Source: a virus (Duplodnaviria; Heunggongvirae; Uroviricota; Caudoviricetes). Taken from it: a stretch of 14,317 nucleotides of DNA. Below, in pieces: positions 7,311 through 14,234 of the stretch. The stretch is taken from the IMG/VR virus record IMGVR_UViG_2648501130_000001, positions 1-14,317 of that record. One strand, given 5' to 3'. How positions within the stretch are numbered: the stretch's first letter is position 1; each line of letters starts with the position of its first letter. The notes under the pieces were generated by a model that was given only the letters and a program-made list of their open reading frames with translations, made no database searches and was not told the origin of the DNA. A program made the position numbers and the translations under genes.

Positions 7311-7898
7311 ATGATCGTAGATGTTGAAGAAAAAACAGTTAATGATTTCTTTAAAAGCAACACACTCTCACCTTTTTCTGTAAGAAGGTTTTATCCGGCA
7401 TACTTGATGGTGGAATGTGAAGATTTTTCATTGTTAAAGAACTTGATTGCATGCTTGAATTGTGATGGCAGAACTGTGGATTTTGTTAGAAATCAAATAT
7501 CACTTGCATGTCTTGCTATCTTATCTTCAGAGAAAATAGTGCAAAGTTTTTTATTTGGATGTCTTAATAGTTTAGGAAGTAAAGTTAAGGCTATTATTCA
7601 CACGGATATATCTGCAGCATGGAGACTTTGTGATATATCTTCAAGACTGTATCTGAGTGAAAGTCTGTTAAAAAGAAAATTAAAGCACGAAGGCTTATCA
7701 TTTAGTAAGTTAATTCTTGAAGAGCGAATGGTGATGGCGGAAAGGTTATTAAGCTACAATTTATATTCTGTTGGAAAAGTTGCTGAGATATGCGGTTATG
7801 AAAACACGTCATATTTTGTAAGTGTTTTCAGAAGGTATTTTGGTGTTCCTCCCCATCAATATTCATCAAGATTTTTTTTAGAAAAAGACATGATGTAA
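7311..7898 (+). CDS. Short AraC/XylS-family transcriptional regulator (AppY/GadX-like HTH domain)
   Basis: 195-aa ORF with the C-terminal AraC-type double HTH signature (...VGKVAEICGYENTSYFVSVFRRYFGVPPHQY). An in-frame stop at 7266-7268 caps the N-terminus, so the sensing domain is only about 100 aa. Very AT-rich. Confidence 0.7.
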   Translation: MIVDVEEKTVNDFFKSNTLSPFSVRRFYPAYLMVECEDFSLLKNLIACLNCDGRTVDFVRNQISLACLAILSSEKIVQSFLFGCLNSLGSKVKAIIHTDISAAWRLCDISSRLYLSESLLKRKLKHEGLSFSKLILEERMVMAERLLSYNLYSVGKVAEICGYENTSYFVSVFRRYFGVPPHQYSSRFFLEKDMM

Positions 7899-8085
7899 CG
7901 TGATGCGTTTTAATGATTTTGTAATTTTCGTATTTGATAATTGTATGATGCTTTCAGCTACGCCAGAATAATCGCGGCGTTTTTCTTTTTGAATAGATGT
8001 TCAAGCCTTACGCTAATGTAACTTCTATACCTTTCCTCTTCGTTCCGAACCGTGTACACCATCCGTTATTTGCGGAGGTGAGGCT

Positions 8086-8301
8086 ATGAAATCCATGGAT
8101 AAGTTAACAACGGGCATTGCCTACGGCACCTCCGCAGGCAGTGCTGGCTACTGGTTTTTACAGCTGCTCGATAAAGTCACGCCCTCACAGTGGGCAGCAA
8201 TAGGTGTGCTGGGTAGCTTGGTATTTGGCCTGCTGACGTACCTGACAAACCTTTATTTCAAGATTAAAGAAGATAAGCGCAAGGCTGCGAGAGGTGAATA
8301 A
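8086..8301 (+). CDS. essD: Holin (class II / phage 21 S-type, pinholin-like)
   Basis: 71-aa [74 protein letters not shown] with two TM segments and a charged C-terminus. Matches remembered DLP12 EssD / phage 21 S holin; start of the lysis cassette. Confidence 0.85.
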   Translation: MKSMDKLTTGIAYGTSAGSAGYWFLQLLDKVTPSQWAAIGVLGSLVFGLLTYLTNLYFKIKEDKRKAARGE

Positions 8302-8798
8302 TGCCTCCATCATTACGAAAAGCCGTTGCTGCTGCTATTGGTGGCGGAGCAATTGCTATAGCATCAGTGTTAATCACTGGCCCAAGTGGTAACGATGGTC
8401 TGGAAGGTGTCAGCTACATACCATACAAAGATATCGTTGGCGTATGGACTGTATGTCACGGGCATACAGGAAAAGACATCATTCCCGGTAAAACGTATAC
8501 CGAAGCAGAATGCAAAGCCCTCCTGAATAAAGACCTTGCCACGGTAGCCAGACAAATTAACCCGTACATCAAAGTCGATATACCGGAAACAACGCGCGGC
8601 GCTCTTTACTCGTTCGTCTATAACGTGGGCGCAGGCAATTTCAGAACATCCGCTCTTCTTCGCAAAATAAACCAGGGCGATATCAAGGGCGCATGTGACC
8701 AGCTACGTCGCTGGGCATACGCTGGCGGTAAGCAATGGAAAGGCCTGATGACTCGTCGTGAGATTGAGCGTGAGGTCTGTTTGTGGGGGCAACAATGA
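8301..8798 (+). CDS. rrrD: SAR endolysin (T4-lysozyme-type muramidase with N-terminal signal-anchor-release domain)
   Basis: 165-aa ORF starting at the holin stop (TAATG). Gly/Ala-rich weakly hydrophobic N-terminus ([20 protein letters not shown]) typical of SAR domains, followed by the E-8aa-D-5aa-T catalytic motif ([16 protein letters not shown]). Matches remembered RrrD / phage 21 R. Confidence 0.9.
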   Translation: MPPSLRKAVAAAIGGGAIAIASVLITGPSGNDGLEGVSYIPYKDIVGVWTVCHGHTGKDIIPGKTYTEAECKALLNKDLATVARQINPYIKVDIPETTRGALYSFVYNVGAGNFRTSALLRKINQGDIKGACDQLRRWAYAGGKQWKGLMTRREIEREVCLWGQQ

Positions 8799-9262
8799 GC
8801 AGGGTAACCGCGATTATCTCCGCTCTGGTTATCTGCATCATCGTCTGCCTGTCATGGGCTGTTAATCATTACCGTGATAATGCAATCGCCTACAAAGAAC
8901 AGCGCGATAACAAGGCCAGTGAACTGGAGAAGGCGAACGCCACCATTACTGACATGCAGCAGCGCCAGCGTGATGCTGATGCACTCGATGATAAATACAC
9001 GAAGGAGTTAGCTGATGCGAAAGCTGAAAATGATGCTCTTCGGCGCAAGCTTGATAATGGTGGTCGGGTGCTCGTCAAAGGAAAATGCCCTGTGCCATCC
9101 TCAGCCGAAACCTCCAGCGCCTCCGGCATGGGCAATGATGCCACCGTCGAACTCTCTCCAGTTGCTGGACGAAACGTTCTCGGTATCCGGGACGGAATTA
9201 TCCGCGACCAAACAGCACTGAGAACGCTTCAGGAATACATCAGGACGCAATGCCTTCGATGA
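8795..9262 (+). CDS. rzpD: Spanin inner-membrane subunit Rz (i-spanin)
   Basis: Start taken at the ATG overlapping the endolysin stop (ATGA); the ORF track's 8783 start adds four residues. [38 protein letters not shown]... matches the lambda Rz N-terminus, with an N-terminal TM anchor and coiled-coil-like body. Confidence 0.85.
   Translation: MSRVTAIISALVICIIVCLSWAVNHYRDNAIAYKEQRDNKASELEKANATITDMQQRQRDADALDDKYTKELADAKAENDALRRKLDNGGRVLVKGKCPVPSSAETSSASGMGNDATVELSPVAGRNVLGIRDGIIRDQTALRTLQEYIRTQCLR
9015..9221 (+). CDS. rzoD: Spanin outer-membrane lipoprotein subunit Rz1 (o-spanin), embedded in Rz in the +1 frame
   Basis: 68-aa ORF wholly inside Rz in another frame: [19 protein letters not shown] (lipobox) followed by a Pro-rich segment ([17 protein letters not shown]), the hallmark of Rz1. 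Confidence 0.8.
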   Translation: MRKLKMMLFGASLIMVVGCSSKENALCHPQPKPPAPPAWAMMPPSNSLQLLDETFSVSGTELSATKQH

Positions 9263-9436
9263 TAGCGATAATTTTACTCATCATCCTTCACATCTGGCTC
9301 TGTAGACAGGGTGGTGCTCACTTCTGGAGTGAATCCAGATTAAACATCTCATTGCTGATGCTTGATATTGAGCATTTTGCGCGCGGTAAGGGGCTGCGTT
9401 GAGATAAGAACCAGTCATTACAAATACCAGGATTTA

Positions 9437-9460
9437 GCCTCGCATTCGCGGGGCTTTTTA
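9437..9460 (+). terminator. Rho-independent terminator downstream of the lysis cassette
   Basis: gcctcgc (9437-9443), loop attc, gcggggc (9448-9454): a 7-bp GC-rich stem with one G-U pair, followed directly by ttttt (9455-9459). Confidence 0.5.
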
Positions 9461-9753
9461 TTGCCATTACAAAAGCCACTTCCTACAGAGTGGCTTTGAT
9501 AATGGTTTATACCCTACACGGGATAACTTAACTGATATCCCTTTTAAAGGATAAAGGTATTCAAGCCTGACACATCATGCGCTGTATCGTCGCCGTATTC
9601 CCGTATTAACAGAGACCGTAGCCCGACGGGGAACTCCTTCTGCGCGAGTGTGCGGGAATAATCAAAAACGATGCACACCGGGGTTACCGGGTACACATAT
9701 TTCATCATGCCAGCGAGTCCGGTTCTGGCACGGAAGAAACCGGACGTTATGAT

Positions 9754-10164
9754 TTAGTGCGGAAATATTTGTGTAGTGTTCTGAATGTTCTCAGTAAAGA
9801 GTAATGAATTATCAAAGGTATAGTAATACCTTTTGTTTTCGTGGATATTTGTAATCCATCTGAAAACCCCTGCTGTAGCAAGATTTTTCCTGTATTCGTA
9901 AAATGATAACTCTCCTGATTTGAATCCTTTTAAGGTGGCTTCTATAAGGCATTTATTTTTTGAAAATCTTACATTTACAACCTTACCCTGTCCTTTTATT
10001 AAAACCGTATTATCGTTTTCAAGAACAAGATGAATATTCTCTGTAGCTAAATAGTAAATGTAATGTGAGACATTGTGACGTTTTAGTTCAGAATAAAACC
10101 AGTGATAGTTTAAATTATTTCGCACTTTATCGAATATTTGTTTAAAAATGGCAACCTGAGCCAT
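9754..10164 (-). CDS. ybcV: YbcV-family protein (DUF1398)
   Basis: Minus-strand ORF; I prefer the start at 10164 ([45 protein letters not shown]...) because it matches remembered DLP12 YbcV (about 136 aa). The ORF-track start at 10179 adds MEGTT. Confidence 0.75.
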   Translation of the reverse strand: MAQVAIFKQIFDKVRNNLNYHWFYSELKRHNVSHYIYYLATENIHLVLENDNTVLIKGQGKVVNVRFSKNKCLIEATLKGFKSGELSFYEYRKNLATAGVFRWITNIHENKRYYYTFDNSLLFTENIQNTTQIFPH

Positions 10165-10220
10165 TGTAGTACCTTCCATGTGATATGAGGGGCGTAGTCT
10201 GCACGATTATCTAAATTGCT

Positions 10221-10454
10221 TCAATCTGGTCTGATCTGTTTTCTGAGCAATTCAGTAATGTCACTCTTTTCTTTGTTTGCTTCAGGAGAAACTCTTTTTT
10301 CTGAGCACAGTCTCCGGCGGCAGGCTTCAATGACCCAGGCTGAGAAATTCCCGGACCCTTTTTGATCAAGAGCGATGTTAATTTGTTCAATCATTTGGTT
10401 AGGAAAGCGGATGTTGCGGATTGTTGTTCTGCGGGTTCTGTTCTTCGTTGACAT
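10221..10454 (-). CDS. ylcI: YlcI-like small protein (DUF3950)
   Basis: 77-aa minus-strand ORF MSTKNRTRRTTIRNIRFPNQMIEQINIALDQKGSGNFSAWVIEACRRRL..., matching my recollection of DLP12 YlcI over about the first 50 residues. It lies in DNA that otherwise matches the right end of the lambda genome. Confidence 0.65.
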   Translation of the reverse strand: MSTKNRTRRTTIRNIRFPNQMIEQINIALDQKGSGNFSAWVIEACRRRLCSEKRVSPEANKEKSDITELLRKQIRPD

Positions 10455-10653
10455 GAGGTTGTCCCGTATTTAGTGTCGCTGATTTGTATTGTCTGAAGTT
10501 GTTTTTACGTTAAGTTGATGCAGATCAATTAATATGATACCTGCGTCATAATTGATTATTTGACGTGGTTTGATGGCGTAGATGCACGTTGTGACATGCA
10601 GATGATAATTATTATCATTTTGCGGGTCCTTTCCGGCGATCCGACAGGTTACG

Positions 10654-10665
10654 GGGCGGCGACCT
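10654..10665. other. cos site: cosN cohesive-end sequence GGGCGGCGACCT, with cosQ-side DNA upstream and cosB up to the Nu1 start
   Basis: ccgacaggttacg|GGGCGGCGACCT|ctcgggttttcgctatttatgaaaattttccggtttaagg reproduces the lambda right end, the 12-nt cohesive end and the left end as I remember them, with a few substitutions. The cosB inverted repeat (aggaaacgacag ... ctgtcgtttcct, about 10766-10825) is also present. Confidence 0.85.
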
Positions 10666-10842
10666 CTCGGGTTTTCGCTATTTATGAAAATTTTCCGGTT
10701 TAAGGCATTTCCGTTCTTCTTCGTCGTAACTTAATGTTTTTATTTAAAACACCCCCTGAAAAGAAAGGAAACGACAGGTGCTGAAAACGGGCTTTTTGGC
10801 CTCTGTCGTTTCCTTTCTCTGTTTTTGTCCGTGGAATGAACA

Positions 10843-11403
10843 ATGGAAGTCAACAAAAAGCAGCTGGCTGACATTTTCGGCGCGAGTATCCGTACCATTC
10901 AGAACTGGCAGGAGCAGGGAATGCCCGTTCTGCGGGGTGGTGGGAAGGGTAATGAGGTGCTTTATGATTCTGCCGCCGTCATAAAATGGTATGCCGAAAG
11001 GGATGCTGAAATTGAGAACGAAAAGCTGCGCCGGGAAGTTGAAGAACTGCGGCAGGCCAGCGAGACAGATCTCCAGCCAGGGACTATTGAGTACGAACGC
11101 CATCGACTTACGCGTGCGCAGGCCGACGCACAGGAGCTGAAAAATGCCAGAGACTCCGCTGAAGTGGTGGAAACCGCATTCTGTACTTTCGTGCTGTCGC
11201 GGATCGCAGGTGAAATTGCCAGTATTCTCGACGGGATCCCCCTGTCGGTGCAGCGGCGTTTTCCGGAACTGGAAAACCGACATGTTGATTTCCTGAAACG
11301 GGATATCATCAAAGCCATGAACAAAGCAGCCGCGCTGGATGAACTGATAAAGCGCAGGCGCTCACTATCAACAAGGATGAGGTTAACTCAACAGTTGATT
11401 TAA
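10843..11403 (+). CDS. nohD: Terminase small subunit Nu1, C-terminally truncated at a deletion junction (NohD-like)
   Basis: MEVNKKQLADIFGASIRTIQNWQEQGMPVLRGGGKGNEVLYDSAAVIKWYAERD...KAMNKAAALDELI matches lambda Nu1 up to about residue 169; the final 17 residues (KRRRSLSTRMRLTQQLI) are unrelated, so lambda homology breaks near base 11349. No terminase large subunit gene follows. Confidence 0.85.
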   Translation: MEVNKKQLADIFGASIRTIQNWQEQGMPVLRGGGKGNEVLYDSAAVIKWYAERDAEIENEKLRREVEELRQASETDLQPGTIEYERHRLTRAQADAQELKNARDSAEVVETAFCTFVLSRIAGEIASILDGIPLSVQRRFPELENRHVDFLKRDIIKAMNKAAALDELIKRRRSLSTRMRLTQQLI

Positions 11404-12056
11404 CCCTTACAAAACAATCAGGGACTGGCAATCGTTTTGTTTTACAGAACTCAGGTAATGCAGAACTACCGTTTTCTGTCAGGGTGTGGGGTTCCAGTAC
11501 TCGACAAAACGTTTTTGAGGTTGGAACGTCTGCTGCGTATCTGTTTTATGCGCAAAAAACGTCAGCAGGCCAGTTGTTTGATGTAAATGGCGCTATTAAT
11601 TGCACAACGCTGAATCAGTCATCAGACCGCGACCTTAAAGACGATATTCTCGTTATCAGCGACGCGACGAAAGCAATCCGTAAAATGAACGGGTACACCT
11701 ACACGCTCAAGGAAAACGGAATGCCTTATGCTGGCGTTATTGCACAGGAAGTAATGGAGGCGATACCTGAAGCTGTGGGATCGTTTACTCATTATGGTGA
11801 AGAGTTGCAAGGTCCGACCGTTGACGGCAACGAGCTACGCGAAGAAACTCGCTATCTTAATGTTGACTACTCCGCCGTGACGGGGTTACTTGTTCAGGTC
11901 GCCCGTGAAACAGATGATCGCGTTACCGCGCTGGAAGAGGAAAATACAACGTTACGTGAAAATCTGGCAACAGCAGGCACCCGGATCACCACTCTGGAAA
12001 ATCAGGTAAGCGAACTGGTTGCACTTGTCGGGCAGTTAACAGGAAGCGAACATTGA
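11343..12056 (+). pseudogene. Tail-fibre C-terminal fragment with intramolecular-chaperone (peptidase S74-like) domain; no 5' part or start context
   Basis: Frame 0 is open from the stop at 11340-11342 to the TGA at 12054-12056. The translation contains the autoproteolytic chaperone signature as I recall it (LNQSSDRDLKDDILVISDATKAIRKMNGYTYTLKENGMPYAGVIAQEVMEAIPEAV), preceded by fibre-like sequence. The ORF-track version starts at a GTG (11484). Confidence 0.6.
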
Positions 12057-12239
12057 TATCCTTCAAGCCCTGAAGGAGGCTGTTCCTGGTACGTTCAGAC
12101 TGTTGTTGAGCTGGAAATCGCAACGGAGGAAGAAACCTTGTTGCTGGAAGTCTGGAAGAAGTATCGGGTGTTGCTGAACCGTGTTGATACATCAACTGCA
12201 CCTGATATTGAGTGGCCTACGAACCCTGTCAGGGAGTAA
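12057..12239 (+). pseudogene. Tail-fibre assembly protein (Tfa) 3' fragment, in frame directly after the tail-fibre fragment stop
   Basis: The same reading frame continues after the TGA at 12054-12056 as [60 protein letters not shown], the conserved C-terminus of lambda-type Tfa proteins. No start codon or N-terminal Tfa sequence. Confidence 0.6.
12111..12239 (+). repeat. Direct repeat copy A (about 129 nt, tfa 3' end); partner at 13160-13288
   Basis: ctggaaatcgcaacggaggaagaaaccttgttgctggaagtctggaagaagtatcgggtgttgctgaaccgtgtt... aligns colinearly with 13160-13288, roughly 85-90% identical over the first 105 nt and diverging near the 3' end. Confidence 0.8.
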
Positions 12240-12293
12240 TCATTGGGATTATGCCGCAGCACGTCTTAAGCAAGAGCGAGCTGCGGTTGGATG

Positions 12294-12962
12294 CTATTTT
12301 TTCCCTGAAGCGGAAAACATTACTACAGTACCTTGAACCTTGGTTTTAACATTCTCGAAATGCTCTGAGAGTATATGTGTTAAGCCTTCTTCGGAATCTT
12401 TTGTGTTTGAAAAGATGCCTTTCTGATTGTAAATGCGCATCAGTTTTTGACCGAAGCTATTGTGCACAACTCCATCGCCAAGAATTGTGGCTCCGTATAG
12501 AGTTCCATCGTCAGTTAAGGCCTGCGCCGCATTGCGTATTACACAGCTTTTTGTAGATATATTTCCAGGCAGGCAGTGAAGAAGGTAAAACATGGAAATG
12601 GAATCAAATTGACCATGTAACGCCGCGGGATAAGGTTCAAAAACATCATGGCTAATTTTATGTTTAATTTTTGATTCCCCAGCCCTTGTAGATGCCGCGT
12701 TCAGGCTAGCTTCGTTCAAATCCATTAAAGATATCAGACTACTCTCAGGTACGTGAGTAAGGTAAAACCCAGTTCCAACACCAATATCCAGATGGTTGTT
12801 ACCTAAATGTTCCAGAAAGTGTGGAAGAAGGTGTTCCTTTGTAGGACATCCCCATGCAAGCCGATTTGATACTCCCAAAACCCACCAGTCATAAAGCTTT
12901 AGGGTAAGTGGTGTGTAAATTTTAGCCCCATCATCTGTGTTTTTTTTCATTAATTTCACCAT
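12294..12962 (-). CDS. ybcY: Class I SAM-dependent methyltransferase (YbcY-like), apparently intact
   Basis: 222-aa minus-strand ORF with Rossmann-fold methyltransferase motif I (HLDIGVGTGFYL). Resembles the DLP12 ybcY product, which I recall as a disrupted gene in E. coli K-12; here the frame is open throughout. Alternative start at 12950 (MKKNT...). Confidence 0.75.
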   Translation of the reverse strand: MVKLMKKNTDDGAKIYTPLTLKLYDWWVLGVSNRLAWGCPTKEHLLPHFLEHLGNNHLDIGVGTGFYLTHVPESSLISLMDLNEASLNAASTRAGESKIKHKISHDVFEPYPAALHGQFDSISMFYLLHCLPGNISTKSCVIRNAAQALTDDGTLYGATILGDGVVHNSFGQKLMRIYNQKGIFSNTKDSEEGLTHILSEHFENVKTKVQGTVVMFSASGKK

Positions 12963-13105
12963 GTTATAGTTTTGTTTGTGAATTAAATCAATTATGGTGA
13001 TGAATTACAAGGGGTTAAATGCTGCCGCAGCATAGCGATATTGAAATAGCCTGGTATGCTTCGATACAGCAGGAGCCGAATGGCTGGAAGACCGTCACCA
13101 CATAG

Positions 13106-13288
13106 TTCTACATCCAGGAATTCAGTGAGCATATTGCGCCACTTCAGGATGCTGTAGATCTGGAGATCGCAACGGAGGAAGAAAACTCGTTGCTGGAAGC
13201 CTGGAAGAAGTATCGGGTGTTGCTGAACCGTGTTAATACAACAACTGCACCGGATATTGAATGGCCAACAGTACCCATTATCGAATAG
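13106..13288 (+). pseudogene. Tail-fibre assembly protein (Tfa) C-terminal remnant (tfaX-like)
   Basis: After an in-frame TAG at 13103-13105 the frame reads [60 protein letters not shown] with no Met, a typical Tfa C-terminus. A short upstream ORF (ATG at 13019, 28 aa) may be a further fragment of the same degraded gene. Confidence 0.6.
13160..13288 (+). repeat. Direct repeat copy B (tfa 3' end); partner at 12111-12239
   Basis: See copy A. Same orientation, with the methyltransferase gene between the copies on the opposite strand. Confidence 0.8.
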
Positions 13289-13297
13289 TGCATTACG

Positions 13298-13334
13298 AAC
13301 TGCAGGATATTATATGGGATAATATTCTGCAGTT
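13298..13334. repeat. 16-bp inverted repeat with 5-nt spacer between the tfa remnant and the convergent GGDEF gene
   Basis: aactgcaggatattat (13298-13313), loop atggg, ataatattctgcagtt (13319-13334): 15 Watson-Crick pairs plus one G-T. No clean T tract follows on either strand, so it is either a bidirectional terminator-like hairpin or a protein-binding palindrome. Confidence 0.7.
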
Positions 13335-13361
13335 TATTGGGGCTGTATTTTAAAAAGGTGT

Positions 13362-14234
13362 TTATTTTGAGTGAATTATCACCTTGTTTTTTCCGGTTCT
13401 TTTGGCTTGATATAACGCTTTATCGGCATTGACTAACATTTCAGATGGGCTGAGATTATTCTCTTTTGAAGTAAAGCAACCAATACTGACAGTTATTTTC
13501 TCAGGTCCATGCGATAATAATTTTTCCGAGCATTGCTCTTCAATGTTTTTTCTGATTCGCTCTGCAATTGATAGCAAGAGCTTTTGAGTATTACCTTTAA
13601 TGATAATACCGAACTCCTCACCGCCTAAGCGCCCTAATACATCCTCTTTCCTGATGGATTTTTTTATTATTCTGGTAACCATTACTATGACTTGATCACC
13701 CATATGATGCCCCCATTTGTCATTGATGCTTTTGAAACTGTCAATATCTAACATTATTACTGAGAAATCATGGTGTTTTGATATATTCTTCAATGAGTCA
13801 ATAAAGTATCTTCTATTGTATGTATTCGTTAGTGGATCATGAATTGCCATATGATTAGCATGATTTAATTTCCTGAAAACATAATACATGAGTGTTGAAA
13901 TGATATAAATCATTGATATCAATTCAAGAAATTTTGTCATATACCATGCAGGATGGGATTTATCAATAAAATACAATAAAATTAGATTATTGCATACTGA
14001 CACTATACTAATAAGTATTATACACAACCATATTTTTGAGTAATTACGTATGCTGATGCATGAGCTGATAAGTAATACAAGCCAAAATACTGATATTATT
14101 TTGGTGTACACGATATTCCACGTCGGCAAATGACGATTCAGCGAGTATTGTATAATATTAAGACTATATTTTATATTGTCACTGCTTAGATTTTTTGCTA
14201 CAAACGGAGTAATAAAAAGAATTAATATTGACAA
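13362..14234 (-). CDS. Membrane-anchored GGDEF-domain diguanylate cyclase (intact GGEEF active site and RxxD I-site)
   Basis: 290-aa minus-strand ORF with an N-terminal half of several hydrophobic helices and a C-terminal GGDEF domain (HDPLTNTYNRRYF...IMLDIDSFKSINDKWGHHMGD...IRKEDVLGRLGGEEFGIII): RKED lies five residues before GGEEF. Strongly AT-rich. The true N-terminus may lie upstream of the annotated Met. Confidence 0.85.
   Translation of the reverse strand: MSILILFITPFVAKNLSSDNIKYSLNIIQYSLNRHLPTWNIVYTKIISVFWLVLLISSCISIRNYSKIWLCIILISIVSVCNNLILLYFIDKSHPAWYMTKFLELISMIYIISTLMYYVFRKLNHANHMAIHDPLTNTYNRRYFIDSLKNISKHHDFSVIMLDIDSFKSINDKWGHHMGDQVIVMVTRIIKKSIRKEDVLGRLGGEEFGIIIKGNTQKLLLSIAERIRKNIEEQCSEKLLSHGPEKITVSIGCFTSKENNLSPSEMLVNADKALYQAKRTGKNKVIIHSK

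Noticed and set aside
8370-9144. Antisense ORFs 8370-8555 and 8890-9144 inside the endolysin and Rz genes
   Set aside because: They overlap well-supported lysis genes on the opposite strand. Rz1 at 9015-9221 on the + strand is the genuine embedded gene.
10744-11324. ORFs 10744-11283 (-), 10778-10984 (+) and 10962-11324 (-) across cosB and Nu1
   Set aside because: They overlap the cos region and the Nu1 reading frame, which matches lambda closely; no independent support.
11622-12201. Minus-strand ORFs 11622-11810 and 11986-12201 within the tail-fibre/Tfa fragments
   Set aside because: Antisense to frames with recognisable tail-fibre chaperone and Tfa sequence; no features of their own.
12057-13288. 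Possibility that the tfa repeats define a Gin/Min/Cin-type invertible tail-fibre segment
   Set aside because: Those systems use inverted crossover sites and an adjacent serine invertase. Here the repeats are in direct orientation and no recombinase gene is visible.
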